From a virus (lineage: Duplodnaviria; Caudoviricetes): a DNA stretch of 57,092 bases. The notes under the pieces are model-generated. The model saw nothing but the letters and a program-made list of their open reading frames with translations, was not told where the DNA came from and ran no database searches. Each line of letters begins with the position of its first letter. The first letter of the stretch is position 1. This document shows, one piece after another, positions 16,420 through 24,224 of this stretch. The position numbers were made by a program, and so were the translations under genes. The stretch lies in IMG/VR virus record IMGVR_UViG_3300043446_004177, positions 1 to 57,092 of that record, one strand, 5' to 3'.

Positions 16420-16715
16420 TATGCGGCCTCCTTCTTCTTTGCGACGACCTTGAGAACTTCGAAAGACTTGCCGTCTTTCACGCATGCCGAGAAGAGCTTG
16501 AACTGCTCTTCGGTGATGCCGTAATCTTTGAGCAGCTTGTCGAAGTCCATGACCGAACGCTGCGAGAGCGACACCTTAACGTCGCATTCTTCACCAGAAA
16601 CGAGATCAACGCCGAGCGCGACGATTTCTGACTTAACGGCTTTCTTCTGCTCTTCGAGAGCTTTGATCTGGCTATCAAGATCGTTGTACTTGTCTGCGAG
16701 AGTGCGATTGGTCAT
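16419..16715 (-). CDS. Hypothetical early protein with an N-terminal coiled coil
   Basis: AGGAG RBS; preceded by promoter cassette D. Confidence 0.8.
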   Translation of the reverse strand: MTNRTLADKYNDLDSQIKALEEQKKAVKSEIVALGVDLVSGEECDVKVSLSQRSVMDFDKLLKDYGITEEQFKLFSACVKDGKSFEVLKVVAKKKEAA

Positions 16716-16802
16716 CTGAAGTCTCCTATCTAAAATCTAGCGCCACAGCGGCGACACCCCCTTCTCCCATATCCCGAAGATCAGTGCAAGCAAAAAAATG
16801 CA
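16716..16802 (-). promoter_or_regulatory. Repeated early promoter/leader cassette, copy D
   Basis: TTTTTTTGCTTGCAC (16784-16789), hairpin CGCC-GCTGT-GGCG, CTAGAT, TAGATAGGAG, then ATG. Confidence 0.6.
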
Positions 16803-16813
16803 TTTTCTTAAAA

Positions 16814-17014
16814 TTATTTTGCCTTTGGTGGTCTGCCCATCGAAGTATTTGATTGCAAACGGATTTCTGGGTTTTGGAAGGTCCAACACTCGCCTGTTTC
16901 GTCGATAAAAGTGACCCAAAGCAGATGGTGTTCAGGGCCATAGTCGATCAAAAAGTGAGCCATCGCCTTGCCTTTTGGCGTATCGAGCGGAAGAGGCGGG
17001 TCGATGCGGAGCAT
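16814..17014 (-). CDS. Hypothetical phage protein (66 aa)
   Basis: PPLPLDTPKG.A.AHFLIDYG.EHHLLWV; operon context. Confidence 0.75.
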   Translation of the reverse strand: MLRIDPPLPLDTPKGKAMAHFLIDYGPEHHLLWVTFIDETGECWTFQNPEIRLQSNTSMGRPPKAK

Positions 17015-17185
17015 TCAGCGGGGTCTCCCAAACGGGCGCGGCACTGGCATAGGCTTCTGCCCCTGTAAATCATTGTTATCTTGAGGTTTTTCATTCAGAA
17101 CCCTAATCGTGATTTGGGCTATAAGGCCCGCTATAATAAGGCCGCCAACGGCCGCGATTAATAAAGCGATTTCATGTTTCGTCAT
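17015..17185 (-). CDS. Small single-TM membrane protein (56 aa), not in the ORF track
   Basis: MTKHEIALLIAAVGGLIIAGLIAQITIRVL..; GAGGAG RBS; fills the gap. Confidence 0.65.
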   Translation of the reverse strand: MTKHEIALLIAAVGGLIIAGLIAQITIRVLNEKPQDNNDLQGQKPMPVPRPFGRPR

Positions 17186-17384
17186 GCTGTCTCCTCATCT
17201 CCCATAAGCGGCGCACTTCTGATTCTATGTGCGGCCGAATCATTTCTGGAAGGGCATCAAGAACGCCCCTACGGTTTTGTTTGCCATCTACCTTCAAGAT
17301 CTCGTCGGCGAGCCAATAGATCTCAACGCGGATCGCCGATCGGACCCCCGCATTAAGATCTTCAATCGGTTTCTTCCCCTTCAT
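17172..17384 (-). CDS. Hypothetical protein (start revised to MKGKKP)
   Basis: Operon context; the upstream extension overlaps the VRR-NUC gene. Confidence 0.6.
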   Translation of the reverse strand: MKGKKPIEDLNAGVRSAIRVEIYWLADEILKVDGKQNRRGVLDALPEMIRPHIESEVRRLWEMRRQHDET

Positions 17385-17829
17385 CACCAAACGTATCTGT
17401 TCGCTCGGGCTCCCTGATGGCCAGCCAATCGTCGAACGCTTCCCACGCCGCGTCCGCCCCGAGCGCGACGCAGACGAAGGCCCCTGCTTTTTGCGCGGCA
17501 TTTAAATACTCCTGTTGTCCATCTTGCCATTGCGACTTTGTGTGATCCCTGCGCTTGATCTCGCAGACGAATGCGGGCGATGCTGGGATGATGACATCGG
17601 CCGCGCCCTTGACCATGCCCTCGGCCTTCTCTCTTGCGACCTGCCTAAAGTGGCGCTGCCCTTCATTGCGCGGATGTATGGCAATCATGCCATAGCTCTC
17701 GCCCCACCATAGGCGCAGGCGGTTGAAAAAGGTTACTTGCTCGACGGCTTCCGTCGCGCACTGGCCGCGGAACTCGGTGTCCCCATAAACTCTGATCTTC
17801 TTAAGCTGCAAGTGCATCGGCTGCCTCAT
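17362..17829 (-). CDS. VRR-NUC domain nuclease
   Basis: E..EQ..HPRNEG..AEGMVKGAADVII..CEIKR..Q..YL..GAFV. Confidence 0.8.
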   Translation of the reverse strand: MRQPMHLQLKKIRVYGDTEFRGQCATEAVEQVTFFNRLRLWWGESYGMIAIHPRNEGQRHFRQVAREKAEGMVKGAADVIIPASPAFVCEIKRRDHTKSQWQDGQQEYLNAAQKAGAFVCVALGADAAWEAFDDWLAIREPERTDTFGDEGEETD

Positions 17830-19579
17830 TGAATGCGAAGACCTTGTACCAATCGCCGTCCTTGCGATAGGTGATGGTCTCTGGCTGTTTTCCCTTCAGG
17901 CTCGCATACATAAATGCCATGCGTTGACCGTCGGGCCATGTAGGTTCTTTTGGTACCCAAAACGAAAACGTTCTGAACTCAGTCGCAACATCAACCCGCA
18001 ACATCGGCCGTCCAGCTTTTGACATGGTATGCCGCGTTGACCATGCCATGACGCGGTCTGTCTGCCTGATGGTTGGGTCTTTCTTTCTGTTTGCGAACTC
18101 AATCCGCAGCTTCTCATTCGGATCGACAATCTCGTTTTTGCATTCTGTGCAATGACGTGCAGCGATATCGTTCTCGGCCTTGCAGGCAGGGCATTCTTTG
18201 AACGTCCAACGATAGCGGCACCGATCAAGATCCCCGCCACCGATCGCGACAAAGCCTTGGCACCGCCGCCCATGATGGGCAGGCATGTCACCGAACTCGG
18301 TCTCGATGCGACGGCCATCAAGATCAACGTAATAGCCGTTATCGTCGATCTCGTATTTGTCTTTATTAAAGCGCGCCACGAAATCGTTTTCTGTATCGCA
18401 TTCAGGACAGCGACAGCGCAGTGTCTTGGCCTCTTCCTTCATGCCCATGGGGCGAATGGTCGGCGAGAAGATATCGCCGTCTGGGCAGTGCCGCTCAATG
18501 TTCTGGGCGTAGTCCAAAACGAGGCAGTCAGTCTTACCTTCGGCGATACGCAGGCCGCGGCCGATAATCTGCTGCAACAGCCCAGCGGATTCCGTCGCAC
18601 GAAGCATCGCGATCACGTCTACATGAGGCGCGTCGAAGCCTGTGGTGAGAACGGCCACGTTCACGATGTATTTGATTTTCTCAGCCTTGAAGTCCGCAAT
18701 GATGGCGGCGCGCTCTTTGCGCGGTGTCTCTCCTGTAACCATGGCAGAAAGCTCTGCGGGAAGGCTCTCAAGGCATTCCTTGGCATGCTGCACAGTTGCA
18801 GCAAAAATCATGACACCTCGCCTGTCACGGCTCTTGGCAACGATGTCAGCGATGATCTTGGCCGTCTTACGTCCCTGCCCGATATAGGCGCGATCAACAT
18901 CGTCGGCATTAAACTGGCCGCGGCTGTTGAGCTCCATGCCGAGCGTGTCATAGCTCTCGGCATCAATCGAACCGACCACGGGCGGCGTGAGGAAACCCAT
19001 GTCGATCAGCTCGCGCGCGGTGATGCGATCAACAAGACCCGTGAAGTAAGGGTCTTTGGTCTGGTTCTCAGCCACGGGTTTGCCATCAGGCCATTGCGCA
19101 AAGATGTACCCGCCGAACATGCGATAAGGTGTTGCCGTCATCCCGACCACGCGCACGTTGGGGTTCTCGGTGCGAATTGATTCGACGATGCTCTTGATGG
19201 TCGGCGTAATGCCATGCGCCTCGTCGATCACGATCATGCCGAACTCTTTGCCAAACCGCTTGATCTTATTCTTGATCGTAAGCGGAGTGCCAAACACAAC
19301 AGGATGCTGCAGGCTCTTTTGACCGACACTTGCCGAAAAGATTGAGAACGGTTCGCCTGTGAGCTTGTACTTCTCGCTATTCTGGATGACGAGCTCGGCC
19401 GAAGGCGCGATGCATAGCACGCGCTTGCCCCCGCTGATCTCGCGTACAGTCTTTGCGAGGGCCGCAATGATATGCGACTTGCCTGCACCCGTAGCGGCTT
19501 CAATCAAGCACGGCGCGCGCAGCCTCTTGATCCAGTTTACAATCTTATCATGCGACTTTTGTTGGTATGGTCTCAGCAT
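17801..19579 (-). CDS. Superfamily 2 helicase with C-terminal zinc fingers (RadD/YejH-like)
   Basis: LRPYQ, ATGAGKS, DEAH, MTATP, VLTTGFDAP, QIIGRGLR, and several CxxC pairs. Confidence 0.9.
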   Translation of the reverse strand: MLRPYQQKSHDKIVNWIKRLRAPCLIEAATGAGKSHIIAALAKTVREISGGKRVLCIAPSAELVIQNSEKYKLTGEPFSIFSASVGQKSLQHPVVFGTPLTIKNKIKRFGKEFGMIVIDEAHGITPTIKSIVESIRTENPNVRVVGMTATPYRMFGGYIFAQWPDGKPVAENQTKDPYFTGLVDRITARELIDMGFLTPPVVGSIDAESYDTLGMELNSRGQFNADDVDRAYIGQGRKTAKIIADIVAKSRDRRGVMIFAATVQHAKECLESLPAELSAMVTGETPRKERAAIIADFKAEKIKYIVNVAVLTTGFDAPHVDVIAMLRATESAGLLQQIIGRGLRIAEGKTDCLVLDYAQNIERHCPDGDIFSPTIRPMGMKEEAKTLRCRCPECDTENDFVARFNKDKYEIDDNGYYVDLDGRRIETEFGDMPAHHGRRCQGFVAIGGGDLDRCRYRWTFKECPACKAENDIAARHCTECKNEIVDPNEKLRIEFANRKKDPTIRQTDRVMAWSTRHTMSKAGRPMLRVDVATEFRTFSFWVPKEPTWPDGQRMAFMYASLKGKQPETITYRKDGDWYKVFAFNEAADALAA

Positions 19580-20024
19580 CTAAAATCTTCCTAAATTTTT
19601 GCATCGGTATTAAAACGCAAGGCTCGATGTCCTGAGCGTCTCCTCGATCTCGTCTTCCAGCCATCTTTATTTTTGGAAACCTTTCAAATGCGCTGGCATG
19701 CGAAACAGTAAAAACAAATATGCCATCCGTTAATTGGATTGCGATAGCAACACCGATCGGGAAATCTGCATGCCAACGGCGAAGAGCTGACATCTTGTGG
19801 CATGATAGCATGTAACCGCCGAGCTTATCTAACTGCTCGTAAGAATAGTTGCGGCACTTGATCTCCATGACCCCTTTGATGTCGTCAAACAAAGTCAAAA
19901 CATAATCAATCTCACATGCAGGCTTCAATTTAATGGCCGTGTAACCCCAAAGAGTTGCCAAAGATTTAGCAACGGCGAACTCTTTGCTGCGGTCTTCTTC
20001 TGTTTCGTAAAAAGGCCTGCTCAT
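19548..20024 (-). CDS. PD-(D/E)xK-like nuclease
   Basis: IDY..MEIKCR core; GRRDRGDAQDIEP C-terminus. Confidence 0.6.
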   Translation of the reverse strand: MSRPFYETEEDRSKEFAVAKSLATLWGYTAIKLKPACEIDYVLTLFDDIKGVMEIKCRNYSYEQLDKLGGYMLSCHKMSALRRWHADFPIGVAIAIQLTDGIFVFTVSHASAFERFPKIKMAGRRDRGDAQDIEPCVLIPMQKFRKILDAETIPTKVA

Positions 20025-20896
20025 TTTTTGTACTCGATCAGTTTCATGCCGTAGTTGTTCACTTCGCCCGTCAATTTGACGTTGGGCTTTCTAATCAACT
20101 TGTTGCCTTTGAACTTTCTATAATCAACGTGATGATGCCAGCGGCCAAATTTCCAAACGACCTTTGCGATATCAGGGTGCATGTCCTCGAGCATCTTTGA
20201 TTTCGGAAGCGTGCCCTCTTTCTCATAGAACTCAGCCGTGTTGCCGCCCTTCAACGTCTGCGTTGTGGCCTTCTCTTGCAAGAATGCGTTGAACTGTATT
20301 GTACACCAGCCGTCCTTCAAGACGCGGAGAGACAGGTCAGTGTCCTCATTGTATCGGCCGCGCCATTGGTACGGGATAAAGTTGTTGATCAGCAGGCAAG
20401 AATAAATGCGCGTGTTCAACACGAAAGGCGGCAACGGCTCTTTTGCTTTGGCAAAGAAATCATAATTAAAACCTGCAACCGCCACGTTCTCGTAACGCTC
20501 GACAAAGTCTTCGGCCGCCGCAAAGATGCCGCCGAACATAACCTTGCACATCAGGTTACGGTTTAAGCGATTGAACGACGCGATGTTGTCGTCCATCACC
20601 CAGTGCCATGTATGCCCCATGGCGATCGCGTTACTCCATGCAAAATTGCGCGCTGCGCCGGGGCCCTTTCCTTTTGTGTCGCCAAGATCATCGAACGTAT
20701 CGTATTCATCAAGATAGCGCCGCGGCAAGATCAGGATCTTTTTTGGATCAATCACGCTCGCGTACTGATCATATTCTTGCTCTTCAACAATGATCTTGTA
20801 AGGCACGCCCATACTTTCGAGCGACTTGCTCGTTAAGCGGCTTTCCCACCGACCTTTTGAAACAATGTAAATCGGGTGTTTAGGATTCTCTGACAT
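20021..20896 (-). CDS. TAGT/GREB1-like GT-A glycosyltransferase (putative DNA modification)
   Basis: PIYIVSKGR, GPGAARN, HWVMDDNI, RIYSCLLI, RYNEDTDLSLRVL and KGGNT motifs. Confidence 0.75.
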   Translation of the reverse strand: MSENPKHPIYIVSKGRWESRLTSKSLESMGVPYKIIVEEQEYDQYASVIDPKKILILPRRYLDEYDTFDDLGDTKGKGPGAARNFAWSNAIAMGHTWHWVMDDNIASFNRLNRNLMCKVMFGGIFAAAEDFVERYENVAVAGFNYDFFAKAKEPLPPFVLNTRIYSCLLINNFIPYQWRGRYNEDTDLSLRVLKDGWCTIQFNAFLQEKATTQTLKGGNTAEFYEKEGTLPKSKMLEDMHPDIAKVVWKFGRWHHHVDYRKFKGNKLIRKPNVKLTGEVNNYGMKLIEYKK

Positions 20897-21125
20897 ATCT
20901 AAATTTAGCTGCTCTGCGGAACGGCGCGAATGGATACCAAATCGTTTTTGTTTTCTTGTCTACCTTTTGCTCAACAAGCTCTGCAAACTTCGCCATGTCT
21001 TCTGCGTTTCTAAATCTAACATTGACCGCATGGAACGGTGTGAGATCTTCTTGCAGAAACTCTGGCATATCTTTCCATTCATCAAACACATCTACTTGTT
21101 CCATTTCTTCAAACAGTTTGCTCAT
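20880..21125 (-). CDS. Small acidic protein coupled to the glycosyltransferase (start revised to MSKLFE)
   Basis: EWKDMPEF..VRFRN.ED..F..KTKTIWYP; overlaps both neighbours. Confidence 0.7.
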   Translation of the reverse strand: MSKLFEEMEQVDVFDEWKDMPEFLQEDLTPFHAVNVRFRNAEDMAKFAELVEQKVDKKTKTIWYPFAPFRRAAKFRYVRES

Positions 21126-21676
21126 TATGATCTCCCATAAAACCTCGGCGCGCTCTTCATACGATAGACCTTTGGGTCTTCTTTTGGTTGGTGGAAAAGA
21201 TACCAGCATGCATTGTCTTTGCCAGCGCCCGCGCTGTCTTCAATCCACTTGACGCGGCCGACAGAAATAATGCGAAGGCAGTAATCAAGATAAGGCGTAG
21301 CCTGTCTTGTGTGCATCCAGTCTGCATCGAAGAGCAGCCATGTAGGAGCAAGGCGTGAGCAGCGTTCGATGATCTGATGAAGAACGGTGCGTTCCCATGG
21401 CGGGTTGGTGATAATGAAATCGGCACCGCAAAGCTCCGCTTCTGTAATGAATGAAGCATCGTTGCGAAGGATCCAATCAGCGCGCGGCTCGACATCGTAT
21501 GCCATCGTGCATGCGTGACCATGATGTTCAAGATGCTTTACGAGAGCGCCGTCTCCAGCGCATGGCTCGCAAAATTTGATGTTGTCAGGAAGAAACGAAA
21601 CAAGCGGTCGCACTGCTGCATGCGGCGTTGGGTAAAACGCAAGCTTGTGGGATTCAAAATCACTTCTCTTGCCCAT
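21125..21676 (-). CDS. DNA amino (N6-adenine/N4-cytosine) methyltransferase (start revised to MGKRSD)
   Basis: FYPTP, FCEPCAGDG (motif I), IITNPPW (motif IV). Confidence 0.85.
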   Translation of the reverse strand: MGKRSDFESHKLAFYPTPHAAVRPLVSFLPDNIKFCEPCAGDGALVKHLEHHGHACTMAYDVEPRADWILRNDASFITEAELCGADFIITNPPWERTVLHQIIERCSRLAPTWLLFDADWMHTRQATPYLDYCLRIISVGRVKWIEDSAGAGKDNACWYLFHQPKEDPKVYRMKSAPRFYGRS

Positions 21677-22259
21677 CGGTCCATTTCTCGCGTTCTTCAA
21701 GATAACGATTATAAAAGTTTTTAAGCGGCACGATGATCGTATTGATGTATTTGTCATCGCGATCGACGCGCTCGAGATAGGTGTCCTTCGGTGTCCACTG
21801 CCAGAAGTCGCACCAATCGCGGTTGGTTACAAAAAGCTGCACCTGTACTTGAGCGTAGTAGTGCTGTTGTTGTTTGAGCGCCTTGAAACGCACAGGCGCG
21901 AACTCATGACGCAAACCGTAAGGGCATTTGACTTCGATCAGACCGACCTCGCCAATATAGCCGTCAGGTGATGCACCGAGCCAGTCTTCATGCGTAACGA
22001 ATGTTGCAGGCGTGACATTTCGACTTGTTATCATTTCATATTCGATGATCGCGCCAGCTTCATGGAGCGTGCCCCATTCTGTGGCGACATTTCCTTTGAA
22101 CTCGTTTGGTAAGCCGTGATAGTCGCGGATCATCTTCCGCATGACATCATCAGGCTTTTGAAACGGCGACAGCCCAAGAATCGCGCCGACAGCAGATCCT
22201 GTCACGCGGCCTTTACGAGCTTCAAACCATTCTTCGCTGCGCTGTTCCATCAAACGCAC
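21660..22259 (-). CDS. YqaJ/lambda-exonuclease-family recombination nuclease
   Basis: QRSEEWFEARKGRVTGS, WG..HE, GASPDG, IEVKCP, YYAQVQ. Confidence 0.9.
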   Translation of the reverse strand: MRLMEQRSEEWFEARKGRVTGSAVGAILGLSPFQKPDDVMRKMIRDYHGLPNEFKGNVATEWGTLHEAGAIIEYEMITSRNVTPATFVTHEDWLGASPDGYIGEVGLIEVKCPYGLRHEFAPVRFKALKQQQHYYAQVQVQLFVTNRDWCDFWQWTPKDTYLERVDRDDKYINTIIVPLKNFYNRYLEEREKWTDGQEK

Positions 22260-22507
22260 TGCATCATCATGTCAGCCAACATAAAAGATTTTTCTACCAA
22301 ATCTTCATCGCTGTCATTTTCAGAACTTTTTGCATAAACAGCTGGAAAAATTGCCATTGCAAGTTTTTCTCTCAATTCTTGTTTTCTATCAAGAATCCTT
22401 ACGTTAGGAAAACTATTAATATCTAAAGTTTCCCTAATTTTTTTTAACTCATCTCTAATTTCCCCGAGAGTTAAAACTGTGTCGTATTCAACAGATGCCA
22501 TTCCCAT
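22250..22507 (-). CDS. Hypothetical protein (start revised to MGMASV)
   Basis: AAGGA RBS; LREKLAMA..SFMLADMM pattern. Confidence 0.65.
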   Translation of the reverse strand: MGMASVEYDTVLTLGEIRDELKKIRETLDINSFPNVRILDRKQELREKLAMAIFPAVYAKSSENDSDEDLVEKSFMLADMMMQCV

Positions 22508-22587
22508 TTTAATATCCTTTCGGTTGGAGAAAAGGAGGGGGCGAACAGGGTAGAAAGCCCCCTCCTCCACTACGACGCTCGTTTCCC

Positions 22588-23142
22588 TCAGAACGGAGCG
22601 TCTTCGTCTTCTGTCACTGCAGCTTTTGGTGAAGCAGCAGCTTTATGAACAGCAGCTCCGCCACCGCGCGGTGCAACAGCAGCAATCCAATTGCCACGGC
22701 CCATGGTGCCGTCGCTTTTTTCCTGCTCCCACATCATAACTTTGATCTGCATCGGCTTGTTAACAAGCGTTGAGCCCATCATTTCATCTGTAGGCTTTTT
22801 GCCTGATGCCAAAAGCTTACCGCCTGCATTGTTGTCGATCGCGGCAAGCATACGCTTCGCTTTATCGCGCTTCTTGGCCGCATCCCTCGCGCGCGGATCG
22901 TCATCCGACACCCAAAGCTTGTGGAAGATCTTGCGGTTTTTGTATTCCGCAGGAAGCACCACTGACCAACGCAAGCTGATAAAACCATTACCTTCGCGGT
23001 CCTGATCCCATTTCGCCTCGTCAATGATGGCAACGCATGTCGTATCGCTCGGGATTGGCTCGAGATCGCCGCCCCCAACTTCAAACGAGCCACCCTGTTT
23101 CAGGATGTCGTCGCCGTCTGATAAATCCCAAAAATTAGCCAT
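22588..23142 (-). CDS. SSB-like protein (DUF669-like)
   Basis: EPIP..I..A..ISLRW.V..EYKNRKIF; acidic tail ending in APF; follows the Sak4-like gene. Confidence 0.7.
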   Translation of the reverse strand: MANFWDLSDGDDILKQGGSFEVGGGDLEPIPSDTTCVAIIDEAKWDQDREGNGFISLRWSVVLPAEYKNRKIFHKLWVSDDDPRARDAAKKRDKAKRMLAAIDNNAGGKLLASGKKPTDEMMGSTLVNKPMQIKVMMWEQEKSDGTMGRGNWIAAVAPRGGGAAVHKAAASPKAAVTEDEDAPF

Positions 23143-23926
23143 TTACTGATTCCTTTTTCTTTGATGCAGGTGCGCGAAGCGCAGGGATGATGTCCGCAAG
23201 CGGGTTTGTGCCCACAGGGACAGGGATTGGTTCTGAGATACCGAAACGGTTCTTCGACACATTTGCGGCGGTCGCGTAGGTGATCAGGACGCGCGTGCCG
23301 TCCGAGATCGCTTTTTTGCGTTCGCCTTCACCTGTCGTAAATGTTTCGAGTTTCAGGAACCCAACAAGATCGACATCGTCCACATAGGCAGGCATCGACT
23401 TTTCGTGCAGACGCAGTGTGTAACGCATGTAAGCGTCATCATCTGGCGGCTCGATTTTTTGCGTGTCTGCGTGAGCGATGAAAATCGTGTTCATGCCCTT
23501 TTTATCGGCCAACAAACCTGCCGCCTTACGGAGGCGGGCGTGCATTGCCGATACTGCATCGCGGCCTGCGCCGTAGCCGCCGAGAGCTTGCTGGATCCCG
23601 CGCGGGCGCTTGGGGTCCGTCTCGACAACGTTTTGAATGAACATGCGTTCCAATGCCGTCACCGAATCAACGATGAGGGTCTTGTAGTTATGTTCTTCCT
23701 GAAGCAGACCTTTGAGTTGCTCCCAAAGCTCGTCAGGCCCGTTGAGCAACGGGAATGCATCAGGCCGTAGATCCGCAGGGATTGCCTGCAGGCCGTCTTC
23801 GGCGCGAATGACGATTGGCTTAGGGAAAGATGCGGCCAGAGTGGTTTTGCCCATCCCTGAGTCGCCGCAGATCGTAATCAGTACAGGACGATCAACTGGT
23901 TTACTTACACTACTTAAAATGCCCAT
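23135..23926 (-). CDS. Sak4-like (AAA_24) ATPase / ssDNA-annealing protein (start revised to MGILSS)
   Basis: GDSGMGKTT, LIVDSVT, FIAH and SKNRF motifs; GAGGAG RBS. Confidence 0.85.
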   Translation of the reverse strand: MGILSSVSKPVDRPVLITICGDSGMGKTTLAASFPKPIVIRAEDGLQAIPADLRPDAFPLLNGPDELWEQLKGLLQEEHNYKTLIVDSVTALERMFIQNVVETDPKRPRGIQQALGGYGAGRDAVSAMHARLRKAAGLLADKKGMNTIFIAHADTQKIEPPDDDAYMRYTLRLHEKSMPAYVDDVDLVGFLKLETFTTGEGERKKAISDGTRVLITYATAANVSKNRFGISEPIPVPVGTNPLADIIPALRAPASKKKESVNG

Positions 23927-23949
23927 TGGCACACTCCTCTTGCTTCGAG

Positions 23950-24000
23950 GCCTTGACACTAACTTGAGGTTTGTGGGAATGTCAACACCGCAATGTTGAC
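23950..24000. promoter_or_regulatory. Overlapping divergent sigma70-type promoters with a palindromic operator candidate
   Basis: TTGACA on plus (23953-23958) and on minus (23980-23985); inverted repeat GTCAACA-N6-TGTTGAC at 23981-24000; located at the divergence point. Confidence 0.65.
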
Positions 24001-24014
24001 TGGGGCACAATGAA

Positions 24015-24221
24015 ATGGAAATAGACGAACAGAGACGATCTGAGACGATCGTGGACGATCCTCTGGAAAAAATTAAGAAGGCTCTGGCAGACAGAAATCT
24101 GGCCCGCGTTGCGGCTGCCACGAAGCTTCACGAGAATACCGTACGGGCGATCGCGGCTGGCAAAAACACCAACCCGACACTCGAAACTTTAAATCGCTTA
24201 AACACTTATTTGTTTGGATAA
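24015..24221 (+). CDS. Cro/XRE-like HTH regulator
   Basis: LARVAAATKLHENTVRAIAAGKNTNPTLETLNRL. Confidence 0.85.
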   Translation: MEIDEQRRSETIVDDPLEKIKKALADRNLARVAAATKLHENTVRAIAAGKNTNPTLETLNRLNTYLFG

Positions 24222-24224
24222 AAA

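Noticed and set aside
18152-19180. 342-aa plus-strand ORF, and similar antisense ORFs at 5733..6377, 7881..8495 and 11597..12187
   Set aside because: These are antisense shadows of well-supported minus-strand genes and show no motifs of their own.
22533-22566. 10-bp stem with a 14-nt loop after the SSB-like gene as a structured ncRNA
   Set aside because: It is a single hairpin with a short U-run, most simply a weak terminator or processing site, with no further support.
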